The notes under the pieces are model-generated. The model did not search any database. It was not told where the DNA came from and saw nothing but the letters and a program-made list of their open reading frames with translations. A stretch of 63,870 bases of DNA, counting the filler, from Octopus bimaculoides (taxonomy: Eukaryota), in assembly GCF_001194135.2 (NCBI RefSeq). It is 8 parts of 8 records of this genome, joined end to end, with 100 filler letters (N's around TTAATTAATTAA, not from the genome) between each part and the next. Parts side by side here need not be neighbours in the genome. Positions count along the whole stretch, not along the records: positions 18,170 to 30,740 come from NC_069002.1; positions 30,841 to 39,732 come from NC_068989.1; 6 more parts are not named here. The stretch is one strand, 5' to 3'. Within the stretch, counting starts at the first letter, position 1; each line of letters opens with the position of its first letter. Below are positions 24,187-38,480 of the stretch, in pieces. The translations under genes were made by a program, and so were the position numbers.

Positions 24187-27100
24187 TATATATATATGAA
24201 AGCATATGACAAAGTGTATAATTACTACTGGTTCACACTAATTGTCGTTGCTATTGTTTATTCGCAGGTCAGCCTTGATCGATAAAAGCTGTGACCAAAC
24301 TCGTTCTAGTAGCGACCACCACATCTCTCTAGTGTGTCTAAGACAGCAATTTTCGGTGTAGTCTTTCCATTTTAAAAAAAATATGGCTGCTATTTCTAGC
24401 AAGTTTTGTGACTATATAAAGGTTCCAAGACTCACCCGTTGTCATGTAAGTTCTTTTCATTCATTTAAATAAAAAAATCAACAAAGAACTGAAAGAAGTT
24501 TCACTGAATTCCCATGAAAGTTGCTTCTATTTTTCCCAAGCCAATGTCACCTACATGTTGGAGTCTGAATTGACAACTCAGTCAATTCTGTCTGCACCTC
24601 AGCGATTCCTACCCTGAATTTTGTTGTGTTTTAGAGGGAGAGGGTTGTAAAAAAAATTTTTGAAAATGAAATGCCAAGCAGCCGACGAAACTCGCTCAAT
24701 CACACGAACACATGCGCAAACGTACGTATCTAAACAGACACACAGTGTAACACCTTCACACAGAAAACTTCGTAGACATATTCACATATACTGTGAGTAC
24801 ATACATACACACACGAAAAGTCAGATATACCTTCTCACACACCCGTACAGACCACGTAAGCGTACGTTGACATAGGTATTACAATTCAGTGCGTTCAGAG
24901 GTTAACGTTTACCGAATAAGCACAGATAAACACGAAGACTTAGCGAACATTTGGGGCGATGGCGATTGCAGAGAGGGCGAAGGGATTAGAGTGGGGAGCG
25001 ATAGAGAGTGGGGAGGCGGGGGAGAAATAAAGAGAGAGATGGGAAGAGAGAGAGAGAGGATAGAAGTAGATGGGGAGAGAAAGAGAGAGAAGGCGGAGGG
25101 AGAGAAGGCGGAGGGAGAGAGGGCGGAGGGAGAGAGGGTGGAGAGAGAGAGGGAGCAGAGAGAGAGAGGGGGCGGAGAGAGAGAGAGGATAGAAGTAGAT
25201 GGGNNNNNNNNNNNNNNNNNNNNNNNNNNNNNNNNNNNNNNNNNNNNNNNNNNNNNNNNNNNNNNNNNNNNNNNNNNNNNNNNNNNNNNNNNNNNNNNNN
25301 NNNNNNNNNNNNNNNNNNNNNNNNNNNNNNNNNNNNNNNNNNNNNNNNNNNNNNNNNNNNNNNNNNNNNNNNNNNNNNNNNNNNNNNNNNNNNNNNNNNN
25401 NNNNNNNNNNNNNNNNNNNNNNNNNNNNNNNNNNNNNNNNNNNNNNNNNNNNNNNNNNNNNNNNNNNNNNNNNNNNNNNNNNNNNNNNNNNNNNNNNNNN
25501 NNNNNNNNNNNNNNNNNNNNNNNNNNNNNNNNNNNNNNNNNNNNNNNNNNNNNNNNNNNNNNNNNNNNNNNNNNNNNNNNNNNNNNNNNNNNNNNNNNNN
25601 NNNNNNNNNNNNNNNNNNNNNNNNNNNNNNNNNNNNNNNNNNNNNNNNNNNNNNNNNNNNNNNNNNNNNNNNNNNNNNNNNNNNNNNNNNNNNNNNNNNN
25701 NNNNNNNNNNNNNNNNNNNNNNNNNNNNNNNNNNNNNNNNNNNNNNNNNNNNNNNNNNNNNNNNNNNNNNNNNNNNNNNNNNNNNNNNNNNNNNNNNNNN
25801 NNNNNNNNNNNNNNNNNNNNNNNNNNNNNNNNNNNNNNNNNNNNNNNNTTGAATCAGTAATTCAAAATATCAGCTTTGTCACACCGTGTCATTGATTCTG
25901 TCTGAGAATTACATTAAGGGTACAAGTGCCTGTGGAGAACTCAGCCACTTACATGCTAATTCAATGAGGACCTTGTTTGTTAAAAAAAAAAAAAATTGGA
26001 GCCTGGGTTTGAACCACTTACGCAAATTTCGTCCCTGAGCTTATAGCATGATTGTGCTTTCTTCGATTTTAGATTTGTATTTCAGTGTGATTTTGTATTC
26101 GCTGCGATGGACTGGCGTCCCGTCCAGCTGGGGGGTAACACATACGCCATAGAAACCGGGAAACCGGGCCCATGAGCCTGGCTAGGCTTTGAAAGGGCGA
26201 CGTTTATCGTTTATCGTGATTTTGTATTATATATGTATCTTGTTCGTTTAAACAATTTTGTTTTTTCTTTTGCTATCTCTCCATGACAGAAAACGCGAGG
26301 CTGATCTGATGGGTATCGATCCGGTCCATTATCCAAAAAGACGCCACGTAGGAATCAATGAAATTAGATTTATACAGAGGTTACTTATTATGTGGGGGGG
26401 AAAAAGACAAAGACAGAAAAAAAAAAAAAAAAGGTGAGTGAATAACCGAAAGAGAACGCGTGAAATGGATAGCACAAGGTCGACAGGATATGACTTGTTC
26501 ATAAACAAAGCGTAGAAAGTAGGCCACAAGGAAATTCATTTTCAACACCATCTGAAGCATAATAACAATAGGAAGGAAAATCGTCCTTAATCATTTTTAA
26601 ATCTATTCTCTTAACAATTTTGTCTCAATTATTCGTAATCATTCTGTTTTTATTGACCCCCCCCCCAAAAAAAAAACCCAGCAAAAAAGAAAATGGCGAC
26701 AAAGTTTAACTGTAGACGGACAGTACTTTTTGGATATTTTGTTATGTTTATTTAACGAGCCGTCACAGAATTAAACTTTCCTGGGCAATTGTATCAACGA
26801 CCTGGTTTCCATGTCCGGTTGTCTCTACATTTTGATTTCACGTCATTGCCGCTTCTAACGATCGAGGGAACACCACAGCCATATCAAATAAATTACAAAT
26901 AATCTGGCTGATTCAGATTTTTTGGGGTCAAAATTTCTACCTACCTAGATATCTGTTTATCGATCTCCCAATTCTTTATCTGTAGAGGGTTGGCCAAAAG
27001 TCACCTGACCAGTAAATCAAAAATTCCGACTGGCTTCTTTCAGCTCCCGTCTACCAAATCCACTGACAAGACGTTGGTTGGCCCGAGGCTATTTGTTTTT

Positions 27101-27435
27101 TATATATTACGCGAAGACTTGTGTTCACAACAGTTATTCTTGCTGTTCTTAGAATGTCAAAACAAATGTCGTATAACTTATGTCAAAAACTGGTTTTGGC
27201 AGATTTTGAGATTTTAAGAGAAAAACATATAATAGAAACGGACAGTAAAATTTGAATGGCCTTGAGTGACATGTAAAGGTTACAGATAACTATGGGAAGC
27301 ACTCAGATCACTCAGAGAGCGCAAACCTCCGTCAAGGGAACACCAAATCTCCATTAAATCACATCATACAACACATTGGATAATGTAGTCCTAGAGAAAC
27401 TATGACATAACTCTTTGAAGAGAGTTGTTGTTGTT

Positions 27436-27815
27436 GTTGGCACTCCGTCGCTTACGACGACGAGGGTTCCAGTTGATCCGATCAACGGAACAGCCTGCTC
27501 GTGAAATTAACGTGCAAGTGGCTGAGCACTCCACAGACACGTGTACCCTTAATGTAGTTCTTGGGGGATATTCAGTGTGACACAGTGTGACAAGGCTGGC
27601 CCTTTGAATTACAGGCACAACAGAAACAGGAAGAAAGAGTGAGAGAAAGTTGTGGTGAAAGAGTACAGCAGGGTTCGCCACCATCCCCTGCCGGAGCTTC
27701 GTGGAGCTTTAGGTGTTTTCGCTCAATAAACACTCACAACGCCCGGTCTAGGAATCGAAATCGCGATCCTATGACCGCGAGTCCGCTGCCCTAACCACTG
27801 GGCCATTGCGCCTCC
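27436..27815 (-). mobile_element. Full-length tRNA-derived SINE family A; other copies at 41194-41478(-), 52891-53044(-), 59248-59403(+), 23500-23650(+), 61030-61290(+, old)
   Basis: Head GGAGGCGCAATGGCCCAGTGG (A box) ... B-box-like GATTTCGATTCC, tRNA-Arg-like, with (AAC)n tail. Resembles octopus Arg-related SINEs (recall). Confidence 0.85.
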
Positions 27816-29329
27816 GGCCATGGTTGTAACACTATCATAGCTGCCTGCTCAATCAGGGTTGACCTGGAGTTAAACAAATTTATCTTTCATTCTAGTCAAC
27901 GACGGAGCTCTGTGAGGTAGCTCGACCGGTGAGAAAGAGTAGTCAAATGGCGTTTAATTTTTTGTATTGCTTGTAATACACAAGACAAAATTTCCTGGCG
28001 TCTACCGCCTTTTTTTTTTCAACCTCCAGAATTACTTGAGACTTATGGAAAGAATATTTTATATTACTCAGAATGTATGAAATGAGGGCTAATTCAAATG
28101 TCTGAAAACTAGTGCGGACGTTTTGGACAAACTTAGCAAAATGCTTTGGACATTTTTTGGTTAAGAATGGATATTCCTCAGTCTTGGTTTAATCCTTTGC
28201 CTGCCCTGCGAGTCATATGTGACACGCAGAACATATTTCTTTGGCATCCATGACAAACTTATGAAAACGCTATAAAAATATATATCTTATGTAAAACATG
28301 AACACATTGGATAAAGTAATTCTTGAAAGACAAAAAGAATATCAAAAGGGATACGACACTCGGTTCAGAGGTCAGTTTGACCAGAGCAAACCTGTGACTG
28401 ATCAACAACTATCTTTAGATAGAATTGCATCAGACCAAATTTATTTACGTTATTCAACGAGACTCGTCTCTCAACCTTTACTATCAATATCACCGCCGCC
28501 GCCGCTGCTAAACCAAATCAAACGTCTTGTATACGATTTCATTTGAAAAAACAAATGTTCCTAAATATAACCGGTTCATCTTACACACACACGCATTACT
28601 AATGTATGGTAATTTAGTTGAGCAAAGTTGACAGACAAGAAATAACACTCACGCGCAGCAGCCACGGGAATAATGGAAGACAACACAGGGCAAACACCGA
28701 CCAATCACCTTCACACGTCATCACTATTTCCACTGTCACCACCTCCTCCCCAATCATTACTGCCACTTCCGCTATCACCGCCACTACAATCATCCTCACT
28801 GCTACTAGTAATCTCCAGTCACCACTAACTCATCACTACCGCTACATCCATACCACCACATCTTCCTCCATTGACATCACCGCCATTATTATCCATCGCT
28901 AATTTTTTACACCTCCCACGTACAACTACCAACACCACTATAACCATCATCACTACGACTATTTCTGTCACAATCTCTTCTACACGTCAATTCAGAGTTC
29001 GACCATATTGCTGTCTACAATTACGTTCTTAATACATATAAATCACGTCGGTCGTTTTCCTTTTAATCTCGTATTAACGAGAATTCATTAAATATATGCT
29101 CAAGCCTTATAACTTCTAGATGACAACCAGACTTCATTTAAAATCGCACCCCAAATAATAATGATAAAGACATTGGTTAACGTAATCTGAGATATATTTG
29201 TGTCAAACGGATAATCGTGTTGGGAATCGTCTTCACTTATAAGTCAGCTCAAAACAAAATTGCATTGATCTGCTTCAATGATGGCGACTAGATTTAATCA
29301 TCGAAATGTCCAGGTTTAAGTTCCTAATA

Positions 29330-29570
29330 ATCTTCTCACATACGTATGTTCAAAATACTTTGCAGCAGTTCTTCCAGCTCTTTACGTTCCGAGTTCAAGT
29401 GCAGCTTCAGGGCCAAGAGAATTTCAAGATATCGACGCCCAAATCACCACTGACCCATCTCCACACTTCTTCGGGTTGTCTTCAGATGTCAGCTCGTTTT
29501 GAACTTGGAAAAAGCGTGAAAGACGATTAATCCGAGAAGGTAACATTCTTCCACTGATCCATTGACCACT
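29330..29570 (-). mobile_element. Decayed Tc1 transposase fragment
   Basis: VTFSD*SSFTLFPSS and KKCGDGSVVIWASIS*NSLGP resemble VIFSDES / KHGGGSVMVWG. Confidence 0.65.
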
Positions 29571-29895
29571 TCTGTTGATCTTTACACCATTTTAATCGCA
29601 TCCCCATATTGATGGGCATTTACTCAACGATCCTAATTTCCGAGATCGAATCCGACTGAGGTTAACTTTGCCATTCGATCTTCCCAATATCGAAAAAACT
29701 AAAATAATAATTCGAATACCCGAGTGTGAGTGTGTGTGTGTGTGGGGGGGGAGGTGTCAATATAATCGACTGTACCTTTACTCCCAAAATGGGTGACCTT
29801 ATGTCAAAGTTAAAAACCAATTTTGAGTATCATACATTTTCATTATGCTGTACATAAATACACTTCGACATTTATCTTATTCTCTACCACCCCTC

Positions 29896-29929
<34 letters not shown>

Positions 29930-31013
29930 TTCATTGTGTTTCGCCGTATCTCTCTCACTGTTTTTTCTTACACTCTCTGTGTCTATTTCTTTTGATCTCT
30001 CCCTGTTCTTGTCCTGAGAGAAAAGCCACATGTCTTCTTTCTTCAGATCAAAATTTATAAATAATAAAGAATAAATAAAAACAAAAATACAACTCCGAAA
30101 CTACTCGCATTATCAGACATGAGGTATTAGTAGACCGACATCTGTTCATAGTCACAAGACGACTGCGAAGCAACCATAATAATAATAATCCTTACTATAA
30201 TCACAATGCCTAAAATTCGTCTGAAGACTGTAAGTCGACCACATCGACGCATAATAATAATAATTTCTTTATTAACCACAAAGGGTTTACATAAAAAATC
30301 AAAATGGACAGCACAGGACAAGTACAATGTGGGGTTACATGAAAAGCGTGTAAACAATGATAGGTACTACTCAAGCAGAGCGGACCCGAACGCGCAGTCG
30401 CGCGTCCGCGCTAGCTAGTCGTGAGTGGTCGATCCTACGAAAAGTGCGCGCGAGCGCGCGTGCAAATGAATACATGTGTGCGCATGCAAATTAGTAAATA
30501 ATTTCTTTTAAACAAAGTAAATAATTTTTTTTAAATTACTTTTTTCTTTTCTAAACAACGTAGATAGGTAGAAGGAATAAGAATAACACACTGTTTTTGT
30601 TAACTTCATACATTTTTTTCTTTTAATTAAATTTTGTGAACAAAATTTTTATTTTCTAAACAACGTAAATAAATTTTAAAAAAGGTGCACATTGGGATTA
30701 GACACTGAGGGAAACTTGATATGCTAGAAATAACAGCTAANNNNNNNNNNNNNNNNNNNNNNNNNNNNNNNNNNNNNNNNNNNNTTAATTAATTAANNNN
30801 NNNNNNNNNNNNNNNNNNNNNNNNNNNNNNNNNNNNNNNNCCCCTCCCCCCCAATGCTGGTGTGTTTACGTCCCCGTAACTTAGCGGTTCGGCAAAAAGA
30901 TACTGATAGAATAAGTACTAGGCTTACAAAGAATAAGTCCTGGGGTCGATTTGCTCGATTAAAGGCCGTGCTCCAGCATGGCCACAGTCAAATGACTGAA
31001 ACAAGTAAAAGAG

Positions 31014-31072
<59 letters not shown>

Positions 31073-31074
31073 CG

Positions 31075-31706
31075 ATACCTGCACAGAGGTCTATGCAAAG
31101 TTTTCAAAACATTTTCATCGTTCTTGACACAATCAAGGAAGTCCTGTGCAACTGAAACCCGAGTGTCGTTTTGGTCAGCTGAAAAGTTGGCAGACACGCG
31201 TCTCATACCGAAATCTTCAGTGATAATGGAGTGAAATGAACCGTAGCTAATCAACACATCCTCTGATAACTCACGGATGGGGATTGGACGATTTCCTCTC
31301 ATAGCCGCACATACATCTGCGATGTTTTTCTCAGTTCTGCTGGTTGCGGATCTCCCAGAACGTACGTAAATATCAACCCTTTTTCGGCCATCCTGAAGAC
31401 ATCTGAACTAATCCTACTCTTGTGTGCGGCGCATACACTACTCTCCAAACACTTTCTGCAATTTCCCGAAGGCCTCTGAGTAGCTATCACCATGACAACT
31501 TACTCTATTATGGTCAGTTCGACGATGACACGCTACACACCTTCCTTTCAAGCACTGCTGTAAATAGCGAAAGTGAGTTAGAATGTTAAAACGTAGTTTG
31601 CACGCACAGAAAGTGGAAGGTCAACATGTGCCAAACGGCTTGACCCTGCGTGGTTTAGTTTCGTTACTACAGCAACAGTCCGGATACATATTGATCAGAC
31701 CTAGTA
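31075..31706 (-). mobile_element. Mariner element 5' half (TIR plus HTH region)
   Basis: PIRELSEDVLISYGSFHSIITEDFGMRRVSA..VAQDFLDCVKNDENVLK; TIR-like TACTAGGTCTGATCAAT at the right end. Confidence 0.85.
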
Positions 31707-34230
31707 TGTTTACACACACACACATAACTACATTCACGCACACGCACACACATAGACACATGCTGTTTGTAGGCCAATGGCTCTTCTGTGCTCATCTGCG
31801 CTTTAACAGATTTTGTTATTCAACCTACCAAGCAAACTTGGTGAAGCTACCGATTGAGCGGTTGCATGCTTGACATGCAACAGAATGTACTTCTAGATTA
31901 CATGACTACTGCACTAATCTCAGATATAACTTACATTGGAATAGTTCTTTCACAACTGAACTCACCCAACTGCTGTATAGAAAACATTCTAGACCAATGC
32001 AGAAAAGGGCTACCTGATCTTGATTGATTGTACAAAGTCATTTACAAACCCCTTTGGTCTACATACATGATGTCTTCTCTCCCTGTCTTTACACTGCTAC
32101 TATAATGTCCTCTTCTCAAAGCTTGCTGGGCTCATGTCACCCCCGTTGAAGCATTCGCATCCTACTAATTTCTCCTCTTTTCACTGTGCTTGTTGTGTCC
32201 AACCCATTTGTCCCTCTCTCTTTGTAAAACCAGCCACATGAAAATGAAATGAATGTGTACAAACACACACACACACGCACACACACACACACACAGACAC
32301 ACACACACACAGACACACGCACGCACACACACGCACGCACACGCAGGCACGCGCACATATACATATACTTATACACACATATATCACACACACTATTTTG
32401 AATTTCCCTCGTTGATAACATGCTTAAAGAAGCGAATATAAGAAAGCGGGAACGAAGCAACGTATAAAGAAAATGCAAGTGCACACTCACACTCACACAC
32501 ACACACACACACACATACACAGACGCGCGCGCACATATATTTTATGCCTGAGTGCGTGCGTGTCTGTTACGTGGCACACGAAAGATTTTGTAACCCTTGA
32601 GGCTCTGCTGAAAGAAAAGCTAGTAAGGCCTATCCTACCTAGACACAAAGCAGGTCAATAAAATTAGTGCAACACCTGCTTGATGAACACAAACAGATGT
32701 CAAATTTTCTATAGAATTGTAGAATAATACGTTTATGTATTTGTTTTACAAGATTCTTGATGTGAAATCATGTGTTGAAACAGATATTGTTAAACTCGGG
32801 GTTGGTCATATTTTACTAATGAAACGCATGCACTATATGCTTGGTGTTTACTGCAGCTTTATAATCATTATTTAATTTTCTTTGTCAAAGCTCTTTCGTC
32901 ACACATCCTGTGACCCCATGAGTGACCCTCTATCCCAAGTATTTCCTCTTGTTCTGCTTATTCCATTCTACTTTTTCCATTTTGCATATTCCATTTCCAC
33001 AGAAAGACAAAATGGAATAAGCAGAAAATGGCCTTAAGGACACAATAATTCTTAATAATAATAAAATATTGAAAACAAACCAAAATATCACAAGCTGTTT
33101 GCTAACTTACAAGAGATGGCTTATATGGGAAGGTAATACCTCATTTAATCTCCTTCTCCGGCAAATACAACCCACATCTGATATGTGTCTCACATTGTTT
33201 AATAACAGTGCTACCTTCAAGAAGCACATCTAAATGAGAAATTTTTTGGAAAGATAAAACATATTAAACTGTTATATGTCTGTCAGCTATTTGCAATGAG
33301 TTGACAACAAAATCACAGCAGTCGTGCACCACTCCAGTGAACGATCGTGATAACACAAAACATCACAGCTAGAAATACAAGTCTTCATACAGGAGTATGT
33401 CAGTTCTCTTGACCAAAATATAAATAACATTTTGTCAGTCTTTATGTTCAGTGTTCAAATTCCTCTGAGATCGACTTTGTTTTTCATCCTTTCGAAGGTC
33501 GATAAAATAAACATCATCTTAGCGCTGGGATCGATGTAATCCACTTAATCCCACCCCTGAACTTGCTGTCCTTGTGCCAACATTTTAAACCGTATTTTTT
33601 GTTACGCTCTTAGATCCTAGGTCAACTTCACCGTTCACACTTTTGTGGATTGATACAACATGGCGATAGTCAATATCGACTGTTCTTTCTCCACAAATAA
33701 AATGCCCTTTGTGCTAATGTTAGGTTAATAATTGAGGTCGTTGCGTAGCAGGAAAACTGTAATAAGAAAGTTTAGTTTGCTTGCATTGGGGTTGATTTTA
33801 TTGACCCTGTTTCTTTCTCCAGATGTTAGAACTTGTGTCTATAGTAAAAATCAGTATTTAGTTACGTCACTTTATGTCCTGAGTTCAAATTACGTCTGAA
33901 TTGACATCGTTTTTATTGATTTATTGGATTTTTTTTCTACCTTACCCTCAAAAACTCTGGCCCTAAGCCACTGTTAGAAAACCCTTTCTTATGTATATAA
34001 CTCCAAAATTCGGAAATGAAATTCTTGAAATTTAGGTGGGTGTTTAACTAATGGAAACTAAGATCTAACGAAACATTTTTACGTACAGTTCTTGATAAAG
34101 TATATATTCTAAAAATTCTCATGTGACTTAATGTGAAATGAAATTTGCCACTTGACATGGGAACTATAAACGTCATAATGCACAAAATACAGAGCCCAGT
34201 GAAGCTAGAAGCGTGTATGTGTGTGCATAT

Positions 34231-34286
<56 letters not shown>

Positions 34287-34659
34287 ACATACATACATAC
34301 ATACATACATACATAAATACCTGCATAATACTTACATACATATATATACATACATACGTATATACACATTCAAGTATATGTATCTACGTATACAAACACA
34401 CACACATTATATACACACATACATATATATGTACACTTGCATACATACCTTTTTATATACAGGCATAACCTGTAAAGTTTCTTTTGTGATGACATGCAGT
34501 TTTATTGTTCATGCTTACCGATGAATTTAATATGTATTAGTCTAGAACAGTGACACGCACAACGCGAACTACATTTTCCAAGAATAGGTCATAGTGACAT
34601 GCATATTTAGTACAAAATCAATTTCGACACCTGAACCTGTATACTATCTTCTGCATTAA

Positions 34660-34955
34660 TATTAGGTTGGTACATAATAAGGTTTATATTTCAGGTTTAT
34701 TTTTCAATATTGATCCCTTAGCAGTCCACACACTTCTTACATCGGTTTTGCAGTGCTTGGATGCCATTGGTGAAGAAGCTTTCGTCCTTTGGTCAAAAGA
34801 GTCTTCAACAACAGATATAGCATCATCATCAGTGCGATACTGGTTCCCAGCCAAGTGTATTTCCATGTGGGGGAACAGATGATAATCAGATAGGGTCCAG
34901 TCAAGAGAATAGGGAGGGCGATCAACAAGGTCAAAGCCACCCGTATTACAAGTCG
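34660..34955 (-). mobile_element. Mariner 3' fragment with TIR
   Basis: RPPYSLDWTLSDYHLFPHMEIHLAG..DDDAISVVED; TATTAGGTTGGT TIR start. Confidence 0.85.
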
Positions 34956-36124
34956 ATAATCTTATTGAACGGGCAGTGTATTAACGGAACAGAGCATCGG
35001 GTATAATTCCATGCGGGATTTGTTCCGGTTCTCTACGTTCTGCCTGCAGCTTTTCCTTTAATCCTTTCGGGGTCGGTAAAATAAAGTACCAGTCAAGTAC
35101 TGGGGTTAATGAGATCAACTAACACCGTCATTTCAAAATTGTTGGATTTGTACCTCAATCAAAAATAGCGACATTTTTCCTGATCTTTCCGTTCTGACTT
35201 GAAATACTGCCGAGACTAATTGCCCTTCATCCATTCGGTGTTGATAAGATAAAGTACCAGTCAAGTACAGTGGTCAATGATATCAGCTAGCCGCTTTCCC
35301 GCAAAATTGTTGGATTTGTGCCTTGACCAGAAACCATGATCATTAAGTGCGCCGGACAAAATGCTTAGCAGCATTTCTTCTGAGTTCTTTAAGTTCTGAG
35401 TTGCATCGCTGCTAGAGTCAGCTTTGCCTTTCGGGTGGGCGATGGTGTGTGAGGCGGAGGAGAAGGAGGAGGCAAAATTGGAGGAAGAGGCGGAGGTGGA
35501 AGAAGAAGTAGACCTATAGATATAAGTGTTCGTGAGAATGGAAGGCAAACTTGAAAAGAAAGGGAGAAGTTGCCATGAGGGTGCGTAAGGTGGAATGCAA
35601 AAAAAAAAAAGAAAAAAAAAAGAAAAGAAAAGGACAAGGTTGCAGTAAACAAGAGAGAAAAAGAAAGTATGCGAAGCTAGTATAAGGAAGTTAATGAGAA
35701 GAAAAGATGAGGAGTGTTTGGTAGGAAGCCACACAAGCGCGGGTTCACAAACAGACATATATACACATATACACACATTTGTATGTAATTTTTATTTAAA
35801 GTCAAAAATATGCATCAATGACTTAAGGAAGAGCTTTGTAGTTAGAGTGGGCCGGGTACTGGGTTGCATCCCTGGGCCGGGTACCGGGTTGCATCACTGA
35901 GTAAGGCATTTCATTTCTCTTTGCTCTAGTGTATACAGGTGAAATGAGAATCAGCCGTATGTTCCATTGGGTCAACAGTGAGGGGCCGAGAGTGTTTCTA
36001 TGTCTGTTCGTGGTTACGCAAGCTACTAAAACAATTAGCGAAAGCATGGCATAGGTTACCAAGTCATACACGCTTGTGAGTGACTGCCGTTGTTTAGTAT
36101 TTCCTATACATATGTATATGTGTA

Positions 36125-36340
36125 CGAGGGGTGACTGAAAAGTTCCCGGCTTTGGGTAAAACAAAATATAGCAGTATCAGTTATTTATGACTTTATTCAA
36201 CATATACCCCTTTCAGATTCACACATTTATTGTAGCGGTTCTTCAGGTTTTCCAACCTCTGTAAAAGAACTTGGAAGGTTGGACTCCAGCCAGGCTTTTC
36301 GCGACACCCTTAAAGCCACGAACTTTTCAGCACCACATGA
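36125..36340. mobile_element. Mariner-derived MITE; related partial copy at 44601-44773
   Basis: TA-CGAGGGGTGACTGAAAAGTT ... AACTTTTCAGCACC termini; the internal sequence encodes the mariner C-terminal tail. Confidence 0.7.
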
Positions 36341-38416
36341 TTTATATATATATATATTTACTGTATTCTGCATTTGCTTGGGGTAGTGATTTCAAGATTT
36401 TTTTTCTTAATTATATCAGCAATTAGTCGCAGATTCAATTCATCGCTCCCTCTATATAGAATGGCGAAGCCGACGTCATAAGTTCAAATCCGGTAGGTTT
36501 TTTTTTACTCAGCACGTAAAAAGCCACAACATTTACCAAGAATCATTCTTCGAACCTCTGATAATTGCACTAGCTCGTATTCTTTCACCAACATCAACCC
36601 AATAATAACAGCAAAAATAGTAACATACATGTGAAAAACTTTCGATAAGTTTATACTAATTATTTCATTATTTAGTTCGTTTTTTCAGCAATTGATACAT
36701 GGCTTTTTACATAAGAACAAACACATGTGCGTATCTATTTGTAAACACACAGGCACACAGAGAGACACACATGTACTTGTATATATATATATATATATAT
36801 ATATNNNNNNNNNNNNNNNNNNNNNNNNNNNNNNNNNNNNNNNNNNNNNNNNNNNNNNNNNNNNNNNNNNNNNNNNNNNNNNNNNNNNNNNNNNNNNNNN
36901 NNNNNNNNNNNNNNNNNNNNNNNNNNNNNNNNNNNNNNNNNNNNNNNNNNNNNNNNNNNNNNNNNNNNNNNNNNNNNNNNNNNNNNNNNNNNNNNNNNNN
37001 NNNNNNNNNNNNNNNNNNNNNNNNNNNNNNNNNNNNNNNNNNNNNNNNNNNNNNNNNNNNNNNNNNNNNNNNNNNNNNNNNNNNNNNNNNNNNNNNNNNN
37101 NNNNNNNNNNNNNNNNNNNNNNNNNNNNNNNNNNNNNNNNNNNNNNNNNNNNNNNNNNNNNNNNNNNNNNNNNNNNNNNNNNNNNNNNNNNNNNNNNNNN
37201 NNNNNNNNNNNNNNNNNNNNNNNNNNNNNNNNNNNNNNNNNNNNNNNNNNNNNNNNNNNNNNNNNNNNNNNNNNNNNNNNNNNNNNNNNNNNNNNNNNNN
37301 NNNNNNNNNNNNNNNNNNNNNNNNNNNNNNNNNNNNNNNNNNNNNNNNNNNNNNNNNNNNNNNNNNNNNNNNNNNNNNNNNNNNNNNNNNNNNNNNNNNN
37401 NNNNNNNNNNNNNNNNNNNNNNNNNNNNNNNNNNNNNNNNNNNNNNNNNNNNNNNNNNNNNNNNNNNNNNNNNNNNNNNNNNNNNNNNNNNNNNNNNNNN
37501 NNNNNNNNATATATATATATATACACCCACCTACACACACACACATGCAACACTTGCACACCAAAAAATGTATTTATTTTTCACAATATATGTGTTTTCA
37601 GCATATAATAGATCAACTACCTAATAACGTGGGAGTGTGGGAATCTGCAGTAGTTCTTTTTCCCCTAGAGAATAAGAACTGTGTAAATTATTATGACTAG
37701 AGTGATTTCCCATGATTCATCAACATGAAATTTCTCTCACTGAAGCATATCTCATATTATTACTAAATCATTGTTGAATTCAATGGAAACGGTTCATCAT
37801 TGATTAATCTTCCTGTTTGTAGAAGTATTTTGTTCACACGTAAATTAATCTAACTAATGAATTACTTAAACAAATCAAACCCCCCACCCCTCTGCAAATA
37901 TCTGTTTTGAATACTTTAGATTAATTAACCAAAATCATTTGACTCGCAGTTGTGTAACAACGATTACAATAAGAATAATAATCATGGTTTCAAATTTTGG
38001 CTGAAGGGCAGTAATTTCAGTGGAGTGGATACGTTGATTAGATCTATCCCAGCGTTGAACTAATACTTATTTTATCGACCCCAGAAGGATGAAAGGCAAA
38101 ATCGACCTCGGTGGAATTTGAACTCAGAACGTAAAGACGGACGAAATACCGCTAAGCATTTCGTCTAGCGTGCTAATGATACTCCTAGCTCGACAACATT
38201 AACAACAACAACAATAATAATAATAATAATGATAATGGCTTCACATTTTGGCACAAGGCCAGCAAGTACAGGGGTGGGGGTAAGTAGATTACATCGATCC
38301 CAGTGCTCCACTGGTCCTTATAATAGCAATATTGTTATTTTTATTACTAATTAGCATTACGTAATAGTTTAATGGGAGCGAGATCGAAAATTTAGTCATA
38401 GAACATTCGGATTCGC

Positions 38417-38480
<64 letters not shown>

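Noticed and set aside
28640-28960. Thr/Ser-rich mucin-like ORF
   Set aside because: Degenerate (ACC/ATC)n low-complexity DNA with no splice context.
33111-33229. AG/GT-bounded 119-nt open segment on the minus strand (MCFLKVALLL..)
   Set aside because: No similarity to P450 or NEMO exons and phase not compatible with the CYP-like exon 1; likely chance.
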